Assembly: GCA_965237805.1 (NCBI GenBank)
Contig: OZ250153.1
Span: 1,120,001-1,184,000 of the forward strand
Direction of reading: 5' to 3'
Origin: Gammaproteobacteria bacterium
GTDB lineage: Bacteria; Pseudomonadota; Gammaproteobacteria; JABABF01
DNA: 64,000 bases
The notes below the pieces were generated by a model, which ran no database searches, was not told where the DNA came from, and saw only the letters and a list, made by a program, of their open reading frames with translations. How positions within the stretch are numbered: position 1 is the stretch's first letter; each line of letters begins with the position of its first letter. Position numbers and translations under genes: made by a program. Shown piece by piece: positions 8,803-18,010 of the stretch.

Positions 8803-11048
8803 CGCCAAGCCCGCCGCTTGCCCCGGTACCCACGGCGCTGCCCGGAACGCTGCTGCTGTACACCGACCGGATCCAGATCAATGCGCCGCTGTTCGGTATC
8901 CACCGCTGTCAGTTGCACCCGCATCCGCGTCCCCACCGCGTAGCATTGCCCGCTGCGTTGAGCGCTGAGCGTGTGCCGCACCGCATCGTATTGAAAATAC
9001 TCGGCACCCAGCCGCCGCACCTGCACGAAGCCAGAGACTGGCAGCCCGCTCAGCTGCACAAACAGTCCGCCAGAGATGACACCGTTGACGATGCCGTCGT
9101 ACTCGTCGCCCAGATGCCCGCGCAGATACTCACACACCAGCTGCTTCTCGCAGTCCCACATCGCCTCGTCGGCGCGTCGCTCGGCCTGTGAGCATTCCTG
9201 TCCGAGGCCAGCCATCGCCGCGCCGTCATAGGGATAGATGGCCTGCCGTGTGATGGCCTCGGCCTGTGGCTGGCGGCGCAGGTGCCGCCCGGAGCCGCCG
9301 TCCCGACGCCGCAGCAGGAAGCGCAGCGCGCGGTGCACCAGCAGATCGGGATAGCGGCGTATCGGCGAGGTGAAGTGTGTGTAGGCAGGGTAGTTGAGGC
9401 CGAAATGGCCGATGTTCTCGCTGTGATAGGCGGCTCGGCTCATGGCTTGTAGCAGCAGGGTCTGTACCACTTCCCGGCGCTCGTCATCTGCGACTTTGTC
9501 GAGTAGGCGCTGGAAGTCCAAGCCTTGGGTGGCGTTGCCACCGCCGAGGCTGAGCCCCAGCTCTTGCAAGCTGCCCCGCAGCGTCGCCAAGGCATCATCG
9601 CTGGGGCGGTCGTGCACCCGGTACAGCGCGGGCAAGCCCTGCTCGCGCAACAGCCGTGCGGTGGCGACATTGGCGCACAGCATGCTCTCCTCGATCAGCC
9701 GGTGGGCATCGTTGCGGTGTAGCGCGTCGATGCCGTCCACGCGCCCGCCAGCACCGATACGCAGCGTCAGCTCCGGCCGCTCGAAGTCCACCGCGCCGCG
9801 CTGCTGGCGGGCGGCGAGCAGGCAACGGTAGAGGGCGTGCAGGGCGCGCAACGAGTCGCCGACTCCGGCGGGCAGAGCCTCGCCGCCGCTGCCGCTGTCC
9901 AAGAAGGCGGCCACGCCGCCGTAGCGCAGTCGCGCCTGCGAGCGCATCACGCCCTCGAAGAAGTCGAAGTCCTGCAGCTGGCCGTCGCCGTCGATGTGCA
10001 GCTCGCAGGCCAAGCACAGGCGGTCTTGCTCCGGACGCAGCGAACACAGCCCGTTGGATAGCGCCTCGGGCAGCATCGGCAGCACTTTGTTGGGGAAATA
10101 GACCGAGGTGCCGCGGGCGGCGGCCTCGGCATCCAGCGCTGTGCCCGGGCGCACATAGTGCGAGACATCAGCGATGGCCACCCACAGCTTGAAGCTGCCG
10201 TCGGCTTCGGCGACACCGTACACCGCATCGTCAAAATCTTGGGCGTCCTCGCCGTCGATGGTGACCAAGGGCAGTGCGCGCAGATCGACTCGCTGCGCCT
10301 TGTCCACCGCTGTCGGTGCCGCTGGTAGCGCCTGTGCCTCGGCCTGAGTTTCCGGCGGCCATTCGCTGCGCAGCTGATGGTTCAGCGCCGCCACCGAAGC
10401 CGCCGTCGGCGCGTCGCGTGACTCGCCGAGCAGCTCGCGCAGCTGGCAGCTCCCGGCGCGTCCCGGCTGCGGGGCCGTCACCACCTCGGCGCGCACCAGA
10501 GCGCCGTCCGCCGGCTTTGCGGTGTCGCCAGTGATGAGCCGCAGCCGCAGATGCCCGTTGCGGGGGTCGTCCGGCTCCAGTGTCAGCGCCCGACCGACAT
10601 GTCGGCAGCGCCCGGCCAGCTGGTGGGTATGGCGTTGCCGCAGCGTCGTGATTGTGGCCTGTGGCAGGCCGCCGCCGCGCGCGATGCCACCGCTGCGCTC
10701 CACCATGACCTCGTCACCGTGGAAGACCACGGCCATCTCTTCGGCCGACAGCGCCCAGCGGCGACCGTCGTCCAGCTGCACCGCGCCGCCGCCACGGGTA
10801 CCGCGACTGCCTTGGACGATGCCGTGGCGGGCAGCGTCACCAGCTTGATGGCCGAGCTGCAGTGTGTCATCGGCCTCGCGCCGCAGGGTGCCGGCGCGCA
10901 CCAGAGTGTCCAGTCGCCGTTCCAGCGCGTCTAGCGCGCTGTCGCCGTCGACACCGAGCGCTGCGGCCAAGGCTGTCGTATCTAGGGGCGCGGGGCTAAG
11001 GCGCAGGTAGCGCAGAATCGTCTGCCCGGAAGGGCCGTCGGCGGACAT
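8799..11048 (-). CDS. rnr: ribonuclease R
   Basis: TIDGEDAQDFDDA, IADVSHYV, HFTSPIRRYPDL, C-terminal S1 domain and basic tail; upstream of rlmB. Confidence 0.95.
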   Translation of the reverse strand: MSADGPSGQTILRYLRLSPAPLDTTALAAALGVDGDSALDALERRLDTLVRAGTLRREADDTLQLGHQAGDAARHGIVQGSRGTRGGGAVQLDDGRRWALSAEEMAVVFHGDEVMVERSGGIARGGGLPQATITTLRQRHTHQLAGRCRHVGRALTLEPDDPRNGHLRLRLITGDTAKPADGALVRAEVVTAPQPGRAGSCQLRELLGESRDAPTAASVAALNHQLRSEWPPETQAEAQALPAAPTAVDKAQRVDLRALPLVTIDGEDAQDFDDAVYGVAEADGSFKLWVAIADVSHYVRPGTALDAEAAARGTSVYFPNKVLPMLPEALSNGLCSLRPEQDRLCLACELHIDGDGQLQDFDFFEGVMRSQARLRYGGVAAFLDSGSGGEALPAGVGDSLRALHALYRCLLAARQQRGAVDFERPELTLRIGAGGRVDGIDALHRNDAHRLIEESMLCANVATARLLREQGLPALYRVHDRPSDDALATLRGSLQELGLSLGGGNATQGLDFQRLLDKVADDERREVVQTLLLQAMSRAAYHSENIGHFGLNYPAYTHFTSPIRRYPDLLVHRALRFLLRRRDGGSGRHLRRQPQAEAITRQAIYPYDGAAMAGLGQECSQAERRADEAMWDCEKQLVCEYLRGHLGDEYDGIVNGVISGGLFVQLSGLPVSGFVQVRRLGAEYFQYDAVRHTLSAQRSGQCYAVGTRMRVQLTAVDTEQRRIDLDPVGVQQQRSGQRRGYRGKRRAWR

Positions 11049-11065
11049 TGGGGAATCCTCGGATC

Positions 11066-11138
11066 AAGCTCGGGTAGGTCGGTTGCCGCAGGCTGCGGGC
11101 TAATTTGACCACCTACCGAGACTTGGCTTAATATTCTA
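11066..11138 (-). promoter_or_regulatory. putative rnr promoter (-10 TAGAAT) and leader stem-loop
   Basis: TAGAAT on minus strand at 11133-11138; imperfect inverted repeat CTCGGGTAGGTCGGT / ACCACCTACCGAG. Confidence 0.45.
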
Positions 11139-11169
11139 CACCTAGTCTTTAGGAAATCAGCCTGTCGCC

Positions 11170-11403
11170 ATGCCACCGTCGACGCGCCAGCCACAGCCTC
11201 CCGAGCTCCGCGCAATGGAGCAGCTGGAGAAGAAAGTTGACTTGCTGGTTAAGTTGTGTCGGCATTTGGAGCGGGAAAACAAGGACTTGCACGGCGGTAG
11301 CGAGGCGGTGGAGGTGCGGCGGCTGCAAGCCCGCCAGCAGAAGGTGGGCGCGCATCTCGACCAGCTGATCGGGCGCCTGAAGCAATTGGAGCAAAGCTTG
11401 TGA
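11170..11403 (+). CDS. TIGR02449 family / ZapB-like coiled-coil protein
   Basis: LEKKVDLLV...LERENK.L...LIGRLKQLEQ, directly upstream of zapA. Confidence 0.75.
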   Translation: MPPSTRQPQPPELRAMEQLEKKVDLLVKLCRHLERENKDLHGGSEAVEVRRLQARQQKVGAHLDQLIGRLKQLEQSL

Positions 11404-11717
11404 GCAATACTCCCAAAACCATTTCGGTGTTCATCCTCGGCACCGAGTACCAGGTCAGCTGCCCGCCGCAGCAGGTCGCGGCCTTGGAAGAAGCGGCTCG
11501 CTACTTGGATTCGCAGATGCAGCACATCAGCGATGCCGGCCAGCTCAGCGAGCGCGACGAAATCACCGTGCAGGCGGCCATCAACATCAGCCATGAGCTG
11601 TTACAGGCCGCAGGGCTGCCGGGTGCCGACCTCTCCGACCCGCTCAAGCGCATCAACGCCAAGCTGGATGCCGTGCTCAAGCGCAGCCAGCACATCAAGG
11701 CGCAGGTCATCAACTGA
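11400..11717 (+). CDS. zapA: cell division protein ZapA
   Basis: ILGTEYQVSCP, AARYLDSQM, AAINISHELL. Confidence 0.9.
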   Translation: MSNTPKTISVFILGTEYQVSCPPQQVAALEEAARYLDSQMQHISDAGQLSERDEITVQAAINISHELLQAAGLPGADLSDPLKRINAKLDAVLKRSQHIKAQVIN

Positions 11718-11744
11718 CGGCGTTTGAGAGCGTATAATCCGGAC

Positions 11745-11934
11745 GTGGCTCCCTGCGATGCGCGCCAGGCGACTTAGTCCCTCGGACCGTTAAGCATTGC
11801 TTAAGGGGAACTGCCAGCGCGCAGGAGCGCAAGCCCGCCTCGAAGCGGGAAGCCAGATCGCGTGTTCGGTGGGCCCCGCCTTGAACCTATGGGTTCAAGG
11901 GTCTAGCTGCCAGCGGCTTGCGTGGGGAGTCCAC
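11745..11934 (+). ncRNA. ssrS: 6S RNA
   Basis: canonical zapA-ssrS-ygfA position; terminal pairing GTGGCTCCC / GGGAGTCCAC; CCTTGAACC...GGTTCAAGG hairpin; TATAAT at 11733-11738. Confidence 0.9.
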
Positions 11935-12040
11935 CTGTCGCCAGTGCTTTCGGCACGCTTGCCCCCGATGCGGTGGTTGCCATCTCTCGCGGCTCTTGGG
12001 TCACTGCTTAGATCGCCCCATAACGGCGCGTCCCGTCACC

Positions 12041-12616
12041 ATGCCTGATGCCCCGCTTGCCCCCGCCCCACAGCGCACCGCCCTGCGTGCCGCTCGCCGC
12101 GCACTGCCGGTGTGGTGCCAGCGCCGCCACGCCCGCCAGCTCGCCCTGCGCTTGACTCGCCGCCTGCGCCGCGGCCGGTACCACCGCATCGGAGCCTATG
12201 CTGCCGCCGATGGCGAGATCGACCCGGCACCCTTCTTGCGCGCCGTCCACCGCCGCGGTCGACGCTGCTATCTGCCGACGCTGGCTGGTGAGACCCTGCG
12301 CTTCGCACGCTGGCGACCGCACGGGCGCTGGCGGCTGAACCGCTTCGGTCTGCGCGAGCCGCGGGGGGCGCGCTGTTCGGTGCGGCGCTTGGACTTGCTG
12401 TTGGTGCCGCTGGTGGCCTTCGACCGCAGCGGCGGGCGGCTCGGACGCGGCGGCGGTTTCTACGACCGCAGTTTGGCGGCGGCTTCCGGCCCTCTGCGCT
12501 TGGGCTTGGCGCACCAGTTACAGGAGCTGCCAGCGCTGGCGAGCCAGCCTTGGGATGCCGCCTTGGACGGCGTGGCGACCGAGCGTCGGCTGCGCTGGTG
12601 GCCAGCGACGCGCTAG
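12041..12616 (+). CDS. ygfA: 5-formyltetrahydrofolate cyclo-ligase
   Basis: DGEID, FGLREP, LVPLVAFD, RLGRGGGFYDR, WD..LD. Confidence 0.93.
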   Translation: MPDAPLAPAPQRTALRAARRALPVWCQRRHARQLALRLTRRLRRGRYHRIGAYAAADGEIDPAPFLRAVHRRGRRCYLPTLAGETLRFARWRPHGRWRLNRFGLREPRGARCSVRRLDLLLVPLVAFDRSGGRLGRGGGFYDRSLAAASGPLRLGLAHQLQELPALASQPWDAALDGVATERRLRWWPATR

Positions 12617-12620
12617 CGGT

Positions 12621-14636
12621 CTATCGGGCTATCTTCCTCACAGGGGCGCCCGCTCGCCGAGGACGTTTTGATTGGCGGTGTTGTCGGTTTCCTCGTAGTG
12701 GGGGAAGCGCCCTCGCTACCGCTTGGGCACTTGCAGACCGATCAAGACTTGGGGGCATCGCCTGCTCGCCGAGGAAGTCCTGATAGGCGGCGTTGTCGGT
12801 TTCCTCGTGGTGGGGGAAGCCGATGCGCGACAAGCATTTGCGCAGCCGCCCCCGCTGTCGCTTGGGCACTTGCAGGCCGATCAAGACTTGGCCGTAGGTG
12901 GCACCCTGCGAGCCGTAGTGGAACAGGGTGACGGACCAGTCCGGTGCCAGCCCCGACAGGAAGTCCAGCAGGGCCTGCGGGCGCTCCGGAAACTGCACCC
13001 GATACAGCACCTCATCTTCGAGCTGCCGTGCGCCGCCGATCATATGCCGCACATGCTGCTTGGCCAGCTCGTTGTCGTTCAGGTCATTGACGGCGAAGCC
13101 TTGATCGCGCAGCTCTTGGCGGATCTCGGCGCGCACATCCTCGCCCTCGCGCTCGTCCACCGTCAGGCCGACGAAGAGCTGCCCGATGCGGCCATCGCTA
13201 CGCCGGTAGTTCAGCTCGCTGATGTTGCGCTCGCCGAGGCAGTGGCAGAAGCGCAGGAAGGCACCGTTTTCCTCCGGCAGGGCGACCGACATCACGGCCT
13301 CGCGGCGTTCGCCCAGCTCGGCGCGCTCGGCGATGGTGGCGAGGCGGTCGAAGTTGAGGTTGGCACCGCTGTGCAGGGCCAGCAAGCGCTGCCCGCTGCA
13401 GCCGCGCTCGGCGACGAAGCGTTTGAGGCCGGCCAGCGCCAGTGCGCCGGAGGGCTCGGCCAGCGAGCGGGTGTCGTCGAAGATGTCCTTGACAGCGGCG
13501 CAGATCTCGTCAGTGCTGACCGTCAGCACCCCGGCCACCTTGGCCGCACGCACGACGCGGAAGGGCTCGCGCCCCACTTGGGCCACCGCCGCGCCCTCGG
13601 CGAAGACCCCCACCTCCGCGAGCTTGACACGGCGGCCGGCGGCCAGCGCAGCGGCGAGGCAGGCGGCATCCTGCGGCTCGACGCCGTAGACCTCGATTTC
13701 CGGGCGGCTCAGATGCAGCCAGGCGGCGATGCCAGCCAGCACGCCGCCGCCGCCGACCGGCACGAAGACAGCATCGGGCGCATCCTCACCCCTGGGGCAC
13801 TGCTCGTCGATTTCGCGGCCGATGGTGCCTTGACCGGCGATGACGGTCGCATCATCGTAGGGTGGGATGAAGCAGGCACCGCTGGTGGCGGCCAGCTTGC
13901 GGGCGTGCTCGGAGGCCTGCTCGTAGAAGTCGCCGTGCAGTACCGCGGTGGCACCGCGTGCGCGCACCGCATCGATCTTGATGCGCGGGGTGCCCTTGGG
14001 CATGACGATGGTGGCCGCGATGCCGAGCCGGTCGGCGGCCAGCGCCACACCTTGGGCGTGGTTGCCCGCCGAGGCGGCGACGACGCCGCGCCGTCGCTTG
14101 GCCGCTGGCAACGAGGCGATTTTGTTATAGGCACCGCGCAGCTTGAAAGAGAACACCGGCTGCAGGTCTTCGCGTTTGAGCAGCACGGTGTTGCCGAGGC
14201 GCTGCGAGAGCAGCGGGGCTTCGTGCACCGGCGTGCGATTGGCAACATCGTAGACCCGCTCGGCGGCGATGATGCGCTTTCTATAGGCTTCTACTGCCGA
14301 TGCTGCCGCTTCCTCAGGCCGCAAGACGACATCATGGGGGGTCTGCATAGTCGCGTTGGTGCGCTTTTCAAGGCGATAGCTAGTGCTGCGGCCACCGCCT
14401 TGGTTCTTAGCCAGCCAGCCGCTTGCCAGCAACTCACGGATATCGCGTAGCGCCGTGTCCGTTGAGCACTTGGCCAGCTCGGCATATATCGATGTGGTCA
14501 CTGGGTTCGAATGATCCTGCATCCAGTTGAGTACCGAACGCTGGCGCCGTCGCAGGCCATCGTGATCAATGTGGGCGTGGCTCGCACTAGATGCGCGGAC
14601 TTTTGCTGCGTCAAGTGGTGCGTCTTTGAAGGACAT
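12621..14636 (-). CDS. ilvA: biosynthetic threonine ammonia-lyase with N-terminal Fic-derived HTH fusion and C-terminal read-through extension
   Basis: KREDLQPVFSFKLRGA, ASAGNHAQG, VGGGG, two ACT-like regulatory domains; AGGAGG RBS before ATG 14636; alternative start 14348. Confidence 0.93.
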   Translation of the reverse strand: MSFKDAPLDAAKVRASSASHAHIDHDGLRRRQRSVLNWMQDHSNPVTTSIYAELAKCSTDTALRDIRELLASGWLAKNQGGGRSTSYRLEKRTNATMQTPHDVVLRPEEAAASAVEAYRKRIIAAERVYDVANRTPVHEAPLLSQRLGNTVLLKREDLQPVFSFKLRGAYNKIASLPAAKRRRGVVAASAGNHAQGVALAADRLGIAATIVMPKGTPRIKIDAVRARGATAVLHGDFYEQASEHARKLAATSGACFIPPYDDATVIAGQGTIGREIDEQCPRGEDAPDAVFVPVGGGGVLAGIAAWLHLSRPEIEVYGVEPQDAACLAAALAAGRRVKLAEVGVFAEGAAVAQVGREPFRVVRAAKVAGVLTVSTDEICAAVKDIFDDTRSLAEPSGALALAGLKRFVAERGCSGQRLLALHSGANLNFDRLATIAERAELGERREAVMSVALPEENGAFLRFCHCLGERNISELNYRRSDGRIGQLFVGLTVDEREGEDVRAEIRQELRDQGFAVNDLNDNELAKQHVRHMIGGARQLEDEVLYRVQFPERPQALLDFLSGLAPDWSVTLFHYGSQGATYGQVLIGLQVPKRQRGRLRKCLSRIGFPHHEETDNAAYQDFLGEQAMPPSLDRSASAQAVARALPPLRGNRQHRQSKRPRRAGAPVRKIAR
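12640..12752 (-). repeat. decayed tandem copy of the ilvA 3' end
   Basis: aligns to 12764-12891 with substitutions, a TAG and a 27 bp deletion. Confidence 0.9.
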
Positions 14637-14684
14637 GATCACACCTCCTGCGGTGATTATAGCCCCCAACCACCGAAATAGCAA

Positions 14685-14711
14685 TATTCACCGCATATAT
14701 TGCGGCGAATA
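14685..14711. promoter_or_regulatory. imperfect palindrome, putative operator upstream of Fic remnant/ilvA
   Basis: TATTCACCGCA-TATAT-TGCGGCGAATA; TATAAT on minus strand at 14656-14661. Confidence 0.45.
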
Positions 14712-14874
14712 AGCCATTTATTCGGTGCAGATGAGGGGTTTATGGGGGAGCATGTTGTCTGCGGCTTGACAGCTGTCGCTCTGTGCGGCGTAGACTGGTT
14801 TAGCGCCATGTGCCGATTGGCTGAAGCTCATATATAATGGGTATCTGTGCCGCACTGCATAGAGAGATACCGCT

Positions 14875-15561
14875 TTGGATCGCGAAGCACAGAAACAGGC
14901 TGTCGCCGCCGCCGCCGTCGAGTGGCTGCGCGACAAAGTGGTTCCAGACACCGTATTGGGCGTGGGTAGCGGCTCGACAGTGTGCCATTTCATCTTGGCA
15001 TTGGCCGCATCCGAACTGCGCGTTGCCGGTGCCGTGGCGGCCTCGGAGTCCAGCGCCGAGCTGTTGCGCGAACACGACATCGACGTGGTCGATTTGAATG
15101 AGGCAGGGGAGCTGTCTGTTTATGTGGACGGTGCCGACGAGGCCGATAGAGAGCTGCGGCTGATCAAGGGCGGCGGTGGGGCTTTGCTGCGCGAGAAGAT
15201 CATCGCCAGCGCCTCGCGGGAGTTCCTGTGCTTGGTGGATGAGGGCAAGGTGGTGGAGCGGCTGGGGGCTTTCCCCTTGCCGGTGGAAGTGCTGCCGATG
15301 GCGCGGGGAGTGGTGGAGCGGGCTTTGCAGGGCTTGGGCGGGGCGCCGGAGCTGCGGGCCGGATATACGACGGATAACGGGAATCAGATACTGGATGTTA
15401 GGGGCTTGGGTTTTGGCGAGCCAGAGGTGTTGGATGAGGAGCTGAACCAGCTGCCTGGGGTGGTTGGAAATGGGGTGTTTGCGCGGAGAAAGGCGGACTG
15501 TTTGTTGGTGGCGGGAGAGGGTGGAGTGCGGGAGGTGGGGGGCGCGCGCAGCAGTGTCTGA
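14875..15561 (+). CDS. rpiA: ribose-5-phosphate isomerase A
   Basis: GVGSGST, DGADE, IKGGGGALLREKI, PLPVEV, TDNGNQILD; divergent from ilvA. Confidence 0.96.
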   Translation: MDREAQKQAVAAAAVEWLRDKVVPDTVLGVGSGSTVCHFILALAASELRVAGAVAASESSAELLREHDIDVVDLNEAGELSVYVDGADEADRELRLIKGGGGALLREKIIASASREFLCLVDEGKVVERLGAFPLPVEVLPMARGVVERALQGLGGAPELRAGYTTDNGNQILDVRGLGFGEPEVLDEELNQLPGVVGNGVFARRKADCLLVAGEGGVREVGGARSSV

Positions 15562-15569
15562 AAACTCTA

Positions 15570-15645
15570 GGGCAGCAATTAAGGGCAAAAGCGCGGCACG
15601 GGCACTAGCCTCAGCAGCATCACCATACCGACTCTAACCTCCAGC
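15570..15645 (-). pseudogene. old remnant of the MFS-2 3' end
   Basis: translates to LEVRVGMVMLLRLVP versus LGAGVGVVMLLGLVP in the intact gene. Confidence 0.65.
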
Positions 15646-15694
15646 CAGAATCGTGATAGGCGAAGGCATTAGGCGATTAGAATCCTTGCCCTTC

Positions 15695-15900
15695 TCACCC
15701 CACCTCGGAGAGTGCGACCAGTTCCTCAGCCATCTCCCGCAAGCTAATAACTTCCACACCCCCACCCTTGGGGTAGCGTTCATCGCCCCCATAGACGATA
15801 AAGGTACGATCCGGCTTGATGTCATCGTAGGCCTGCCGCAGGCCACGGCTCAGCGTCGGTGCGGTCGTGCGCTTGATCTCAATGGCCCAGAGGCACCGCA
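15695..15900 (-). pseudogene. C-terminal fragment of AAA ATPase / DUF4143 protein
   Basis: WAIEIKRTTAPTLSRG...FIVYGGDERYP; no ATPase domain upstream. Confidence 0.75.
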
Positions 15901-15934
15901 GGGTGTTTGCCGGGATGCGTGGCCCCAGCAGTGG

Positions 15935-15985
15935 GATGTCGTGCGTCTCGCTGGGACACACCGGTCGGATGGCCAGGACGGCTGA
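15935..15985 (+). pseudogene. internally deleted nnrS 3' remnant
   Basis: matches nnrS 17742-17778 joined to 17970-17988 at a shared GGATG. Confidence 0.8.
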
Positions 15986-16068
15986 TACTCCCTACCCCTC
16001 TATATGATAGGATTTGTTCATCCCTGTTCGTCCCCAAGCGTGGCATGATCTAATTATAAAAAGAGGAT

Positions 16069-16455
16069 ATGAAGATGGAAACACAAAAACGCGGCTTATC
16101 AATCGATACTGAAAGACTTGAAAGTGACTGTTTGATCTCTATCAAATCTCAAGGGAAACTCACACATCAGGACTATGTGGCGCTAACACCGGTGATTGAT
16201 TCAGCGCTATCGACTGTTAAAGACCCTCAAATAAAGCTCTTTATGGATATCACTGAACTTGATGGTTGGGAGCTTAGGGCATTATGGGATGACTTCAGAC
16301 TTGGATTAAAACATGGCAAGAAGTTTCACAAAGTCGCAATCTATGGCTATATCAGATGTGGCAACTTTCTCGCAAAACTAGGGTCTTTGTTTATTGCAGG
16401 TGAAATCCAATTTTTTGATCATGAAAGCGATGCATTGGAATGGTTAAACGAGTAA
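16069..16455 (+). CDS. SpoIIAA-like (STAS/SEC14) domain protein
   Basis: GKLTHQDY, GWELRALWDDFRLG, KVAIYG, ALEWL; AT-rich; GAGG RBS. Confidence 0.88.
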   Translation: MKMETQKRGLSIDTERLESDCLISIKSQGKLTHQDYVALTPVIDSALSTVKDPQIKLFMDITELDGWELRALWDDFRLGLKHGKKFHKVAIYGYIRCGNFLAKLGSLFIAGEIQFFDHESDALEWLNE

Positions 16456-16495
16456 ACCTATAACCAAGGCTTGACATTCAAATCGATTAAAGGCG

Positions 16496-16596
16496 TGATG
16501 CTGCCACAGCTCTGCTGGATCGTGGCCTTCACGATTTTCACAGTGCTCTATTTCCCCATATTGACGCGCCCGCGGGTGGACGGCCAGGACGGCTAG
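16496..16596 (+). repeat. 101 bp copy of the nnrS 3' end
   Basis: near identical to 17888-17988 (3 transitions, TAG versus TGA stop). Confidence 0.95.
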
Positions 16597-16600
16597 CAGC

Positions 16601-16731
16601 CCCTAGCTCCCCCGCAACACCCCCTCCTAAGCGGCCAAGCCAGCCCCAGCGGCACCAGCCCCAGCAGCATCACCACCCCCACCCCAGCCCCCCGATCCAC
16701 CGCAGCCCGAAGACCAGCGGTGCCGCCGCCG
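16601..16731 (-). repeat. copy of the MFS-2 3' end
   Basis: near identical to 20478-20610. Confidence 0.93.
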
Positions 16732-16836
16732 CTACTGCGGACTATTGGTTGGCAGTTGGGGGGCGGATATGCCAGCATCTCCAGTTAGAATGCCCAGTAA
16801 CCCCCTAATCAGAGCCGTAGCGAGGAGACACCAGCC

Positions 16837-17988
16837 ATGCCACTACTAGCACTGGGCTTTCGCCCCTTCTTCCTAAGTGCTGGCATCTTTGCTGTCCTTG
16901 CCATCGTGCTGTGGGCGGCAGTTTATCCCGCTCATGTGGTATTGCCGCTACAGGGCATTTCCAGTTTCCAATGGCATGCCCACGAGATGATCTACGGCTA
17001 CAGCCTCGCTGTGATCGCCGGCTTTCTGCTGACCGCTGTGCGCAACTGGACCGGCATACAAACCACCCGCGGTCCGACACTGGCGGCGCTGGTCGCCCTG
17101 TGGTTGGTGGGGCGGGTGGCGCTGGTCTGTGGGCTGCTCTCGGTGGCCGGTCTCTTCGATACACTGTTCCTCGCCAGTTTGTGTGTCGCTGTGGGGCGGC
17201 CATTGATCCAGAGCAAACAGTGGAAGCAGATGGCGATTTTGGGCAAGCTGACTTTGCTGCTTGTTTTCAATTCACTGTTCTACCTCGGTGCCTTTGCGGT
17301 GGTCGAGCAGGGCATTTACTGGGGCATCTACGGCGGCTTGTACGTGGTGGTGGGCTTGATCATGATGATGGGCAGACGCTTGCTGCCTTTCTTCATCGAG
17401 AGTGGCTTGGATAACCCCGCAGCTCCGTACAACTCCCAATGGATCGATATCGCCAGCTTGGCGATGTTTCTGGTCTTTTTCGGCTCGGAGCTGGTGGCGC
17501 GTAGTCCGGCGCTGTCCGCCTATGTGGCGCTGCTGTTATTTGGCGTTAACGCCTTCCGGCTGCTGCGTTGGAATCAGCGGGGGATTTGGCAAAAGCCGCT
17601 GTTGTGGAGTCTGTACCTGTCGCTCTGGAGCATCGCGCTGGGCTTCCTGTTATTCGCCGGCAGCCATTTCTGGGGTCTGTCAAAATATGTGGCCATCCAC
17701 GCTTTCGCCTATGGTGGCATCGGCACCATCACCTTGGCGATGATGTCGCGTGTTGCGCTGGGGCACACTGGTCGGATGATCGGCTCCCCTCCCGCCGCTC
17801 TGGTGCCAGCCTTTGGCATTCTCTTTTTCGGGGCGATACTCCGGGTCGCATGTCCGCTGCTGTTCCCGCAGCACTACGCGCTCTGGATGATGCTGTCACA
17901 GCTCTGCTGGATCGTGGCCTTCACGATTTTCACAGTGCTCTATTTCCCCATATTGACGCGCCCGCGGGTGGATGGTCAGGACGGCTGA
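16837..17988 (+). CDS. nnrS: NnrS family protein
   Basis: GFRPFF, WHAHEMIYG, GFLLTAVRNWTG, RVALGHTGR, PRVDG. Confidence 0.95.
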   Translation: MPLLALGFRPFFLSAGIFAVLAIVLWAAVYPAHVVLPLQGISSFQWHAHEMIYGYSLAVIAGFLLTAVRNWTGIQTTRGPTLAALVALWLVGRVALVCGLLSVAGLFDTLFLASLCVAVGRPLIQSKQWKQMAILGKLTLLLVFNSLFYLGAFAVVEQGIYWGIYGGLYVVVGLIMMMGRRLLPFFIESGLDNPAAPYNSQWIDIASLAMFLVFFGSELVARSPALSAYVALLLFGVNAFRLLRWNQRGIWQKPLLWSLYLSLWSIALGFLLFAGSHFWGLSKYVAIHAFAYGGIGTITLAMMSRVALGHTGRMIGSPPAALVPAFGILFFGAILRVACPLLFPQHYALWMMLSQLCWIVAFTIFTVLYFPILTRPRVDGQDG

Positions 17989-18010
17989 TTCTGCGCCCGC
18001 AAACGACCGT

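Noticed and set aside
11049-11169. tRNA-Leu upstream of rnr as in pseudomonads
   Set aside because: No T-loop GTTC motif, cloverleaf or CCA end; only one hairpin.
12723-14450. Long antisense ORFs (also 41159-42793, 27841-28674)
   Set aside because: Stop-poor shadow frames of conserved high-GC genes with no recognisable motifs.
16496-17988. Diversity-generating retroelement TR/VR pair (also ilvA and MFS end copies)
   Set aside because: No reverse transcriptase in the window; differences are a few transitions and deletions, not adenine-specific randomisation on the coding strand.
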